A stretch of DNA of 64,000 nucleotides, from the IMG/VR virus record IMGVR_UViG_3300044984_003188; one strand, given 5' to 3'. Of this stretch, positions 47,185 to 56,535 are shown one piece after another (positions within the stretch are counted from its first letter, which is position 1; each line of letters begins with the position of its first letter). The notes under the pieces are model-generated. The model was given only the letters and a program-made list of their open reading frames with translations, was not told the origin of the DNA and made no database searches. A program made the translations under genes and the position numbers. The stretch is from a virus.

Positions 47185-47945
47185 TAATATACTTTAACTA
47201 CCTCCATTTTATCATTTTCCAATATTAAAAGATGAAATTCTCCATCATAAGTTTCTACTATGGCTGAGCAAGTTTCAACCCAATCACCAGTATTCATATA
47301 TGTGATATTATTTAATGTTTTTATTGTTGGCGTATGTATATGCCCACAAATAACTCCGTGATATCCACCTTCTTTGGTGTGTTTGACTAGATGTTCTTCA
47401 AATTTATATATAAAATTTACAGCTTGTTTAGTACGAGTTTTAATGTATTTACTTAAACTCCAATACCCTAGACCAAATTTTGTTCTTATAAAATGTAAAA
47501 TGCCATTTGAAGAAAGAAGAAGATTATAACCTATATCTCCTACTATGCTAATCCACTTCCAATGTCTTGTAACTTGGTCAAATAAATCCCCATGCGTTAT
47601 TAGCCATTTTCTACCTTTGATATCAGTATATTCATAGTTATTAACTAAACTGATATTTCCTACATCAAATTTATGTTTTAGCCACTTTCGTAGAAATTCA
47701 TCGTGATTTCCTACAATATATACTATTTTAGTCCCTCTTTTGGCTTTTGTTAAAAATCTTCTAATAACATTGCTATGTGCTTGATTCCAACTCCATCCAC
47801 GCTGTAATTTCCACCCATCAATAATATCACCTACTAGATAAAGTTCTTCACAATCATTTTCTTTTAGAAAAGAACATATTTCATTTGCTTTACATGAATT
47901 AGACCCCAGATGAATATCTGATATCCATATAGCTTTATATTTCAT
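47184..47945 (-). CDS. PlcP-like metallophosphoesterase (LpxH-like family)
   Basis: SDIHLG, LYLVGDIIDGW, GNHDE, HGDLFD, GYWSLS, CGHIH, YMNTGDWVE motifs. Confidence 0.82.
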   Translation of the reverse strand: MKYKAIWISDIHLGSNSCKANEICSFLKENDCEELYLVGDIIDGWKLQRGWSWNQAHSNVIRRFLTKAKRGTKIVYIVGNHDEFLRKWLKHKFDVGNISLVNNYEYTDIKGRKWLITHGDLFDQVTRHWKWISIVGDIGYNLLLSSNGILHFIRTKFGLGYWSLSKYIKTRTKQAVNFIYKFEEHLVKHTKEGGYHGVICGHIHTPTIKTLNNITYMNTGDWVETCSAIVETYDGEFHLLILENDKMEVVKVY

Positions 47946-47999
47946 CTAAAAATACCTCATAAATAACCCACCATTATTTAATATAGGAGTTTCCATGGA

Positions 48000-48359
48000 A
48001 TGGAAAGTATATCAACTTTAGGTAAACATTTGATTTTGGAAGTTTGGGGAGCCGAGAAATCCCTACCTTTTTGGCAAATGGATGAAGCAGCTGAAGTACT
48101 AAAACAAGCTGCTATTGATGCAGGTGCAACTGTTCTATCTGAACGCTGGCACCATTTTGGTGAAGGCTTTGGTTATACCGGAGTTGTTATATTAGCAGAA
48201 AGTCATATATCTGTGCATTCATGGCCAGAGCATGGATATGCTGCTCTGGATATATTCATGTGTGGTGTTGCCGATCCAATGCTTACTATTCCTGCTATAG
48301 AAAAGTTCTATAAACCTCACAGAATGGAAACTACTCTTCTGGAAAGAGGCAAAAAATAA
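48000..48359 (+). CDS. speD: S-adenosylmethionine decarboxylase proenzyme
   Basis: GKHLI, G.TGVVILAESHISVHSWPE.GYAALDIFMCG motifs. Confidence 0.93.
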   Translation: MESISTLGKHLILEVWGAEKSLPFWQMDEAAEVLKQAAIDAGATVLSERWHHFGEGFGYTGVVILAESHISVHSWPEHGYAALDIFMCGVADPMLTIPAIEKFYKPHRMETTLLERGKK

Positions 48360-48381
48360 AGGGGCAGTGATGCCCCTTTTT
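48358..48381. terminator. Bidirectional intrinsic terminator
   Basis: AAAGGGGCA-GTGA-TGCCCCTTTTT between convergent genes. Confidence 0.8.
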
Positions 48382-48388
48382 AGTATTC

Positions 48389-51300
48389 TTATCTATCTAG
48401 ATACCATGTCCATTTAGTCATAACAAATCCATTTGGAACTTGATGCTTTTCCAGTAAAGAAATAATCTTTTCCATTATTAGGCGTGTTTTTGATTTTGGT
48501 ATAAATGCTCGTGGTGAATCCCATTCCTTGCAGAATGTATCGTAGAACTCATAATCTTCACCTAGTTTAGTTCCATCAAACAGCATTAGTGGACCACAGT
48601 ATTTTACTTGGTCATGATATCGTAGTCGACTAAGCAACTTTCTAATCATAATCATATCTTTATGAAAGACAAAATCATTGTATTGGTGTTTCATGATTGA
48701 AATTTAACCTTTTATCGTTTAAAGTGTTCTTGTATAATTGCAGTTAAAATAGTTCTTAGAGTTCCATCATGATTTAAAATTCTGTGGGGTTGCTGTCTAA
48801 TATCTGTACTAATATTTGCATTCCTAAGCTTTACTCTCAATAAGAAATCAGCTTCAAGTGAAACCAAATGTTTTACTGTGTGTTTAACTTGTTTCAAAGA
48901 TCAACTCAAGATGTATATTGCTAATAATATTAGTATTATCAAATATTAGATATATTTTGAGATCTTTGGAAAGATCTAAGGTTATATTATCCATTTCAAT
49001 AAAATCCACACCAACCGATGGTATACCAAATACCATATCAAAAACTTTATTCATTAGTCTTTATGCCAGCGTTGTGGATTATCATCCCAATCAGGTTGTC
49101 GCCACTGACCATTAATCCAAACGTAGTTAGAACCTGGCTTTTTGGGCCTAGGTTCTGGTTTATGCCATGACTGTGGGTTATCTGGTTGATCATCATAATC
49201 TGAATTAGACTCATAATCGTCTTTCCAGCGGTCCATTTTACCTCCTAAATGATCTATTCATTTCAGTGCGAGTTACTAAATGTTGTCCAGCACCTACGCT
49301 AAGAATATAGCTTACGTCTGAACACCATCCAACATGGGATACCATACCTCGTAGTGGGCTGTCAAGTTGGGCTTCAATGGGATACATACCCATTGAACTC
49401 TCACCCATATTTACTATAGTAAGTGTATCTAGAATTTCTCGAATCTCATACACATAGTTGGGTTTGAGCAGGTTGGTGTCCTGCTCTCGAAACATAGCGC
49501 CCAGGATAAGGTCGCCCTTTGAATACTGGTTATCAGCAGGGCGAATGGCAAATCTAGCAAGTGTTTTCATATTATGAACCTCTATGTTGCAGAGCTGGTG
49601 CGACGCACGCTGCCCTCGTAGTGGGTGAGTTGACACTGTTCGACGGGCAGTACATCCCAGCCCTCATACTCATAGTCCCGACGAGCTCGCATCCATTGCG
49701 CAACCTGGTGCAGATAATAGCTGGTGGGGTTGGTGTTGGGCCGTTCCAAAGGGTCCTGGAGACGCTTGAGCAGCAGTGCAATGTGACCCGCATCACTGAG
49801 ATGCCGCATGGGCCACAACCTGTCAATCTGATCACTGCCATTCTCAGTGTCATACCAATAGCCTTCATCCAACCTTTCCTGTGCAACCTGCGCTAGGATC
49901 AGCTGGTATTCCTCTTTGGTTTTGAAAAGGAAAACTCGATCGCCATGCTTCTCGTGGAATCGAAGGATCTTCATTTGGGTCAGTCCTTGCTTGGTCCTGT
50001 GCATTGTAGCACGACTCTAGTCGGTGTCAACCACATCTTCTACAGTTACGACAGAAATATTCAGCATGGCATCCTGTGCAAGGATGCCATAATCTTGACA
50101 TTCCAGGGTATATTTTACCTGGCTGAGAAGCCATTCTGTGTCAAAGGGATTGGGTGTGACTTGACCTCGAACAATCACTGAGTCTGCATGATCGTAAATG
50201 AATTCTGTCAGAATTACAACACGTTTCTTTGTCACGTTCATTTTATCCTAAGCAAGTTGCCAAATAACTTTATCTCTTAGTTCAAGAATTTCGGAACCAT
50301 CATGTTCCTTAATACGGAATAAAGTTCCCTTAGGGATAAGGGCAATCTCTAGACTATCTAGATTAGATCCAATGCACATTTTTGGATATTTGTTTTCTAG
50401 ATAAGAAACAAGTTCAATCTTTTCTTCAGGATCTTCGCCATCTTCAAGCCATTGAATGACTCGTTCATCTCTCAGTAGTTCTGGGTATTGGGTATTCCAG
50501 GAATACCAACCAGAGCCAAAACCGGGGCTAAATAGAATCTTAACTTTTTCAGTCATTTCAATAATCCTTTGGTGGGTTGATATCAGCATCAACTAGCACA
50601 GGTTTCTCTGCAAAGATATAGTAATCAGGAACGTAAGAAAGATTGTTCTTGGCGTTCTCGGTCTGATAGTAGGCATGAGCTAGTTCAAGACTTTCAAAAT
50701 CTTGATCCAGGAAAGGCTTGCGACCCCATCCACGTTCACTTTCCCAAAGAGTCACACGATATTTTGCATTCATGCTTTATCTCCAAACCGTATGTTCATG
50801 TGGATCAAAAGAACCACCCTGACGGTCTACATGACCTTCCCAACTTGATTTAATATTTCTTGTTGTAGCTTTCTTTAACTCGGCACGAAGTTGTTCAATC
50901 TCAATAGCTGCCTCAAGCATAAGACCATTAAGAACGGCATCGGTCTTAGTAATTTTACCACCAAAGACACCTTCACGGAGAAGGACAACAATATCAGTCA
51001 TGCTTTAAGCCTTTCCGAACTTCTTCTTCAACCGCTCAAATTCATGACGATCACGCTCTTCTCGTATTGTAGCATGATGCTCTTCTCGAGTAATACGGTC
51101 CGTCATCTCTCGGTCCGTTTCCGGTTCACATACCATGATTGCAAGGTATGTTCCGTCACTATACTCATGATGGCGTTCATCAATACGTGCGTCGCCACCA
51201 TAGTCTTCACGATAACGCTGAAGATTAGCAATAGCTTCGTCCAGGGTATCATATTCAAAATCAATGCTGGTCTTTTCGTGCCAAACCAGCTTGCGTTCAC

Positions 51301-51801
51301 GGTTCACGGTCATGTTTTGTTCCTTTCTTAGCCGCAGTTCTTGCGGAGATAGATATAGATACGGCCATTATGATATGGACTTGTCGAGCGCTTGATGGAG
51401 AGACTGACGCCATAGTCCCGAGCTCCATCATAGAGCTGAGCGATGAAGTCATCTTGACGATCAAATACCTTCCTAACAGTGGCCTTACCATATACTTCAA
51501 GTTTATTCCAGACGAGGTTGGTGTCGATACGATTCACGGTCATGTTCTGTTCCTTGTTCATAGTCTCTTTATAACCCAACTTGGTATTAAAGTCAATAGG
51601 TATTTTTCAATCCTTGCGACTGACCCAGAGCACGTCGGAATCGAGGCGGGCCGCCATCTCGGTCAGATCCAAACCATAATGGATCACTCGGTCGAGCAGG
51701 TCACTCTTCTTAACCTCGACCCAAAAGAATTCGTTTCGGCTGTTAACCAGCACTCTGATGGGCCCACGGTGGGCCTTGATGGTGGAGTATAGGTCGGTCA
51801 T
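48389..51801 (-). CDS. Leftward operon of about 12 small hypothetical early proteins (e.g. 48389-48694, 49054-49236, 49238-49570, 49582-49974, 50017-50241, 50248-50556, 50558-50773, 50777-51001, 51005-51313, 51328-51543, 51607-51801)
   Basis: Tightly packed same-strand ORFs with SD sites, fed by promoters at 51596 and 51854; no recognisable function. Confidence 0.6.
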
Positions 51802-51811
51802 GTTTGTTTCC

Positions 51812-52285
51812 TTCATCATAGTCTCTTTATACCACCATCTGATTTAAAAGTCAACACTAAGGATATCAATGACTTAGCCGTTTCAGGTACCTAACCCTTT
51901 GAAAAGATTATCAAAACTTTTTTAGGCAATCCAAAAAAATTTCAAAAAAGTTTGAGCACACCATGGTGCCCAGACACCCATAGAACCAAAAAGTCAATCT
52001 TTTCAATGGGTTAGGCTTTAAGCAAAAGTTAATGATATCAATGGGTTAGGCTAAGAAAGGGTTTCTGGGCAGCCTAAGCCACCATGGATGGATATACCAT
52101 ATGCCTAACTCAAAGCTAGCAGAGGTCGTCATGCTAACCCATTGATAAGATTAAGACCTACATTTTTTTCAAAAAATTTAAGTTTTTTATTCCAAGGAAA
52201 TCAATGGGTTAGGTAGGTCGCCATGCTAACCCATTGATTTGTCACGGTTGACATTTTTTATGGATGGTGGTATAAAGTGACTATG
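51812..52285. repeat. Non-coding hub B: inverted homologue of hub A with seven CTAACCCATTGA-type boxes
   Basis: Boxes at about 51866, 51891, 52003, 52038, 52134, 52201 and 52226; divergent promoters at both ends. Confidence 0.85.
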
Positions 52286-52321
52286 AACAAGGGAATGACG
52301 ATGAACAAGGGAATGACGATG
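52283..52321 (+). repeat. Tandem duplication of the 18-nt leader ATGAACAAGGGAATGACG
   Basis: Two exact copies, then ATG at 52319. Confidence 0.9.
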
Positions 52322-52525
52322 ACCGCTAACGAAATCTGGGACACCCTCGAGGAAACCGGTCGGTTTGCCTCTCGTGAGGCTTATGGGTCGATGTGGGCTG
52401 ACCGCATCGCTGAGCTGAAGGCTGAACTGTATGCTGCCGCCAAGGAATATGGGGTGCGTCTATCCATCACCTGGGCCTTGACCAACGACAAGTTTTATGT
52501 CCAGCTGCGTAAGAATGTGGGTTGA
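52319..52525 (+). CDS. Hypothetical early protein (paralogue of 51328-51543)
   Basis: AELYAAAKEYGVRLSI..FYVQLRKNVG versus AQLYDGARDYGVSLSI..IYIYLRKNCG. Confidence 0.65.
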   Translation: MTANEIWDTLEETGRFASREAYGSMWADRIAELKAELYAAAKEYGVRLSITWALTNDKFYVQLRKNVG

Positions 52526-52574
52526 CTTTAATACCAAGTTGGGTTATAAAGAGACTATGAACAAGGAAGTCAAG

Positions 52575-52970
52575 ATGACCAAAGAAACGGCTACCCAGCG
52601 TCGTGCACGTGAACGGCAGGAACTGGTTCGGGCGCAGCAGGAGCGTGAGCAGAAGTTTGAAGCTGAGAAATCCATTCGACTCCTGCATGCCATAGCTCGT
52701 GCTCATCATCAGGGGGTGGATGCGCAAATGTTTTACCGCTATGACAATGTGCTCTACTATGACTTCAACTTCAGCAAGATCAACCTGCCCAACAGCTACG
52801 ACTCGATTTGCGGTCCGGTGGCTGAACTCAGCGAGTGGATGATGGACAGCATCGAAAATCAACTCAAGCTTGTTGAAGAAGCTCGTGACCGTGGCAAGCG
52901 GTTGGCAAATCTTAAGAAAGAAGTGCTGGCTCGACTGAGTGACGAGGAACGTGAAGCTCTGGGAGTTTAA
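52575..52970 (+). CDS. Hypothetical early protein
   Basis: Own promoter cassette 52522-52550; C-terminal L..L..EEREALGV. Confidence 0.65.
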   Translation: MTKETATQRRARERQELVRAQQEREQKFEAEKSIRLLHAIARAHHQGVDAQMFYRYDNVLYYDFNFSKINLPNSYDSICGPVAELSEWMMDSIENQLKLVEEARDRGKRLANLKKEVLARLSDEEREALGV

Positions 52971-52975
52971 TAACA

Positions 52976-53491
52976 ATGAATGACCGTTTCCGTAAGACTC
53001 TTGTTCTTGCACTTCGACCGGATACCGGAGAGAACGAAGCTGCAGCTGCTTTTAGCGCTCTTCGTAGAATGGCTTCAAGCGGAAACGTTTCTACTCTTCT
53101 AGATGAAAAGCCTGAAACTAAGGTTGTTTATAAAGATAAAACCGTGTATATGTCTGAATCTTATACACACAAACTTACATATACAGTTAATATTAAAGCA
53201 ACATACCTTCAGGATTATATCCACACTGTTTTTACAAATGCAGTAAAAGGTGGTATGTGCATTCATATTATCCATCTAAAATCTTCTGATAACAAGATCA
53301 CATCTCCATCAGAACTTAAGTTCAATGTTCTTGGATATGAAAAGGGTATTAAACGATTTTCTGATTTTCTTGATCGTGTTGAGCTCGAAATGCTTCAAAA
53401 ATCACAGAATAATTCTAAAGCACCTGATTACTCAGACAAAGTGAAAAAGCCTGGTTTTATGAAGCAACTTTTTCGAGCCATATTTAACTAA
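52976..53491 (+). CDS. Hypothetical protein (N-terminus resembles DUF2786-type helices)
   Basis: LALR.DT.ENEAAAAF pattern. Confidence 0.55.
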   Translation: MNDRFRKTLVLALRPDTGENEAAAAFSALRRMASSGNVSTLLDEKPETKVVYKDKTVYMSESYTHKLTYTVNIKATYLQDYIHTVFTNAVKGGMCIHIIHLKSSDNKITSPSELKFNVLGYEKGIKRFSDFLDRVELEMLQKSQNNSKAPDYSDKVKKPGFMKQLFRAIFN

Positions 53492-53564
53492 AAGGTATTG
53501 ACATTTACCCAAATATGGATATAATAGTCTATGACAAAATGATGTAATATGGAAAGATTATAAT

Positions 53565-53744
53565 ATGCAAGTATATAATGATGTTTGGGGTAAAGTAAGG
53601 TGTCAAGTCTCGGATCAAGTCCATGTTAAAGTACCAATGCAAATTTGTAATGAAGCCTGGAGACAATTATGGGGTTCAAATGCAAGACATATTTCACGTC
53701 AAGTATTTCATACATTAAATGAACTAGATGAAACCAGTCTATAA
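53565..53744 (+). CDS. Small V/W/Q-periodic protein
   Basis: VW.KV..QVSDQV, similar to the 35713 and 35883 ORFs. Confidence 0.45.
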   Translation: MQVYNDVWGKVRCQVSDQVHVKVPMQICNEAWRQLWGSNARHISRQVFHTLNELDETSL

Positions 53745-53803
53745 TCAAGTATTTCATGAACTCTTAGACTAAAAATATAAAAATACACAGAAAAGGAAAA
53801 AAG

Positions 53804-54226
53804 ATGAGTGACTTTAAAGACTTTGCAGGACAGACTCTAAAGTGGACCGCTATCGGTGGTGTTTGTTTAGGTATTGTTGCTGGTGGGGCATTTTTGCTCA
53901 ATGTTGCAACCCAACCTCTTCGTACCGCTGGTGGTGTTATCAATCGAACATTTGATGCAGACAATGTGATTGCTAAATATGAATGGTTCCATGATGCACA
54001 TGGACAATACCAAGCACGAGTCAATCAAATTGTGTCGACCCGACAAATGTATATCGAAGAGAAAGATGTTGCCGAGCGTTCTCGCCTTCGGATTGAACTA
54101 TCTGCACAACGTCAATCTTGCCGTGATATCGTGACTCGATATAATGCAAATGCTACCAAGACTAATGTCTCGATTTTCCAAGGTCGAGAAGCACCTTCTT
54201 CCCTTAACATTCAAACTTGTGAGTAA
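53804..54226 (+). CDS. Membrane-anchored hypothetical protein
   Basis: N-terminal transmembrane helix; YEWF..., YNANA motifs. Confidence 0.65.
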   Translation: MSDFKDFAGQTLKWTAIGGVCLGIVAGGAFLLNVATQPLRTAGGVINRTFDADNVIAKYEWFHDAHGQYQARVNQIVSTRQMYIEEKDVAERSRLRIELSAQRQSCRDIVTRYNANATKTNVSIFQGREAPSSLNIQTCE

Positions 54227-54232
54227 TATATA

Positions 54233-54763
54233 ATGAATAAGATGATCTTCCCCGTCGTTGCTCTAGTTTCTGGCGCTATTCTTCTTACTGGTTGTAATGA
54301 AGATAAGCCTGCACAACCACAAGTAAAGAATGCCCAGGCTGAACTTGCCCAACGAGCAGCAAATTCAATTCAGTTCACCGATAATGCTGAAATTGACAAT
54401 ATCAAGAACCGAGTTGAACTTACCAGCAAGCCAGGTCTTCTTGGTTATGTAATTCTATTCAATGAATCCGGACAGCCCATTATGTATGAAGGTGTTCGTG
54501 GTAAGATTACTTCTGGTTCTAAGCGCCTAACAGCACCCGATCGTGCACAACAGATTTCCACTCATGGCAATAACGGCGGTCAGCACTCTGTGGTTCGCCA
54601 AGCACCATCTGATGAAGGAACTTATGGTTCTTCCAACCCATATATCTTCTATTGGAATATTGATGGTGTTTATCGCCAGTGGAGTGGCCACTATCTCTAT
54701 TCTACACAGCCAATGCGTCTAACCATTCAGCCTCTAGTTGTTAATATTGAGGAAAAGAAGTAA
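54233..54763 (+). CDS. Lipoprotein
   Basis: Lipobox LTGC. Confidence 0.7.
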   Translation: MNKMIFPVVALVSGAILLTGCNEDKPAQPQVKNAQAELAQRAANSIQFTDNAEIDNIKNRVELTSKPGLLGYVILFNESGQPIMYEGVRGKITSGSKRLTAPDRAQQISTHGNNGGQHSVVRQAPSDEGTYGSSNPYIFYWNIDGVYRQWSGHYLYSTQPMRLTIQPLVVNIEEKK

Positions 54764-55215
54764 TGGATTATACCATTACAATTGGTTGTGATCATGCAGG
54801 TCTGGAGCTAGCCCGAGAAATCTCGGTATGGCTCTTTGACTCTGGTCATAAGATCCACACTTTCTTTCCGGCACCAAATACACACGTTGATTATCCAGAC
54901 TATGCCCATAGAACATGTTCTTCCGTTACTCTAGAATCTCACACTACAAGTCGTGGTATTCTGGTCTGTGGTTCTGGTGTAGGCATGGCAATTGCGGCTA
55001 ATCGACATGCTGGAATTCGTTGTGTAAATACAAATGATCCAGAGATTGCTAAGATTGCAAGAGAACATAATGATGTAAATGTTCTTGCACTTGGTGCTCG
55101 ATTTGCATCTGATAGAGATAAAATCTGGAATTGCATCACTAATTTCCTTCAGACTAAATATGAAGGTGGGCGACATGAACAACGAGTTATGAAACTATTT
55201 GGAGTATATAAATGA
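54763..55215 (+). CDS. rpiB: Ribose-5-phosphate isomerase B
   Basis: GCDHAG, DYPDYA, CGSGVGM.IAANR, AREHND.NVL.LGAR, GGRH motifs. Confidence 0.93.
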   Translation: MDYTITIGCDHAGLELAREISVWLFDSGHKIHTFFPAPNTHVDYPDYAHRTCSSVTLESHTTSRGILVCGSGVGMAIAANRHAGIRCVNTNDPEIAKIAREHNDVNVLALGARFASDRDKIWNCITNFLQTKYEGGRHEQRVMKLFGVYK

Positions 55216-56180
55216 AATTTGTAATTGCAGGCTTAACGGCAACTCTACTGACTACAACAGCACATGCACAAGTACTAAACGGTGCTGGTGCTACATTCCC
55301 TGCACCGATTTATTCTAAATGGGCAGAAGAATCTAAATCTGCTGGATTTGGAATTAACTATCAAGCAATTGGTTCTGGTGGTGGGCAAAATCAAATCATC
55401 AACCGAACAGTTGATTTTGGAGCATCAGATGCTCCTATGACACTAGAAAAACTAAAACAATATAATCTGTTTCAAGTTCCTACGGTTATGGGATCGGTTG
55501 TTGTTATTGTAAATATTCCTGGTATTGCTACAAATACCTTAAATATTTCTGGGCAAAATCTAGTTGATATTTTCAATGGTAAGATTACCAAATGGAATGA
55601 TCCAAAGATTGTTGTAGATAATCCAAGTTTAAAACTACCTAATATGGCAATTGCACCAGTCTATCGTGCTGATGGTTCAGGTACCACATTTGTGTTTGTT
55701 TCATATCTACATTCACAAGATAAAGATTTTAGTGTGCCTGCGGTATCAATCAAGTGGAATGCTGGTTCAGGCGCCCGTGGTAATGATGGCGTAGCAGCCA
55801 CTGTAAAGCGCATGCCGGGATCAATCGGTTATGTTGAAAAAGTTTTTGCCACAAATAATAATATTCCAACTGCAGTGCTAAAGAGTGCAACTGGAGCTTG
55901 GGTAGCACCTAGCAATAAAAGCTTTATGGCAGCAGTAGCTAAAGCAGATTGGTCGGATACTAATGAAGCAAATGTAATTAATCGCTCTTGTGATGAATGC
56001 TATCCTATTGTATCCGCAACATATGTTCTTATTCCCAAGGACTCTAAGAAGCTAAATGAGATTACAAGTTGGCTAGAATGGGTTTATAAAAATGGAAATG
56101 CCTCAGCGATTTCCCTTGACTTTATCCCACTTTCGGATTATAATAAGGGTATGGTAATCAAACAACTAAAGAATCAGTAA
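55212..56180 (+). CDS. pstS: Phosphate-binding periplasmic protein PstS
   Basis: GAGATFPAPIY, YQAIGSGGG, VDFGASDAP, RADGSGTT motifs. Confidence 0.95.
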   Translation: MKFVIAGLTATLLTTTAHAQVLNGAGATFPAPIYSKWAEESKSAGFGINYQAIGSGGGQNQIINRTVDFGASDAPMTLEKLKQYNLFQVPTVMGSVVVIVNIPGIATNTLNISGQNLVDIFNGKITKWNDPKIVVDNPSLKLPNMAIAPVYRADGSGTTFVFVSYLHSQDKDFSVPAVSIKWNAGSGARGNDGVAATVKRMPGSIGYVEKVFATNNNIPTAVLKSATGAWVAPSNKSFMAAVAKADWSDTNEANVINRSCDECYPIVSATYVLIPKDSKKLNEITSWLEWVYKNGNASAISLDFIPLSDYNKGMVIKQLKNQ

Positions 56181-56190
56181 TAGTTTAACT

Positions 56191-56265
56191 GCGCCTATAG
56201 CTTAACAGTAAAGCCGACAGCTCATAACTGTCTTGATCTCCGGGCAGAACGGGGTGGGCGCACCA
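56191..56265 (+). tRNA. tRNA(CAT), Ile2 or elongator Met, non-canonical T-loop
   Basis: Loop CTCATAA; T-loop GGCAGAA; A-CCA. Confidence 0.75.
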
Positions 56266-56277
56266 AAGGAATATATC

Positions 56278-56505
56278 ATGCTACTAAAAGACTTCATTTC
56301 ATTACTTCAAGATAAATATGAGAATGCAACTGCTGATGAAGCATATCTTGAAGTAATGGGTGAACCTGAAATTTATGTAGATACATTTGAAGAAGCAGGT
56401 GGATATCGGTATGTTTATGCCGGCTATTCACCGGATATCAAAGTTGATATGGATCCTGCTAATGGTAATTACGTAATATCTGCTTTTGGAGATTCTCGTG
56501 AGTAA
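56278..56505 (+). CDS. Hypothetical protein
   Basis: SD AAGGA; 75 aa. Confidence 0.55.
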   Translation: MLLKDFISLLQDKYENATADEAYLEVMGEPEIYVDTFEEAGGYRYVYAGYSPDIKVDMDPANGNYVISAFGDSRE

Positions 56506-56535
56506 ATTGACAGGTTCTATTTTTAAAGCTAAAAT

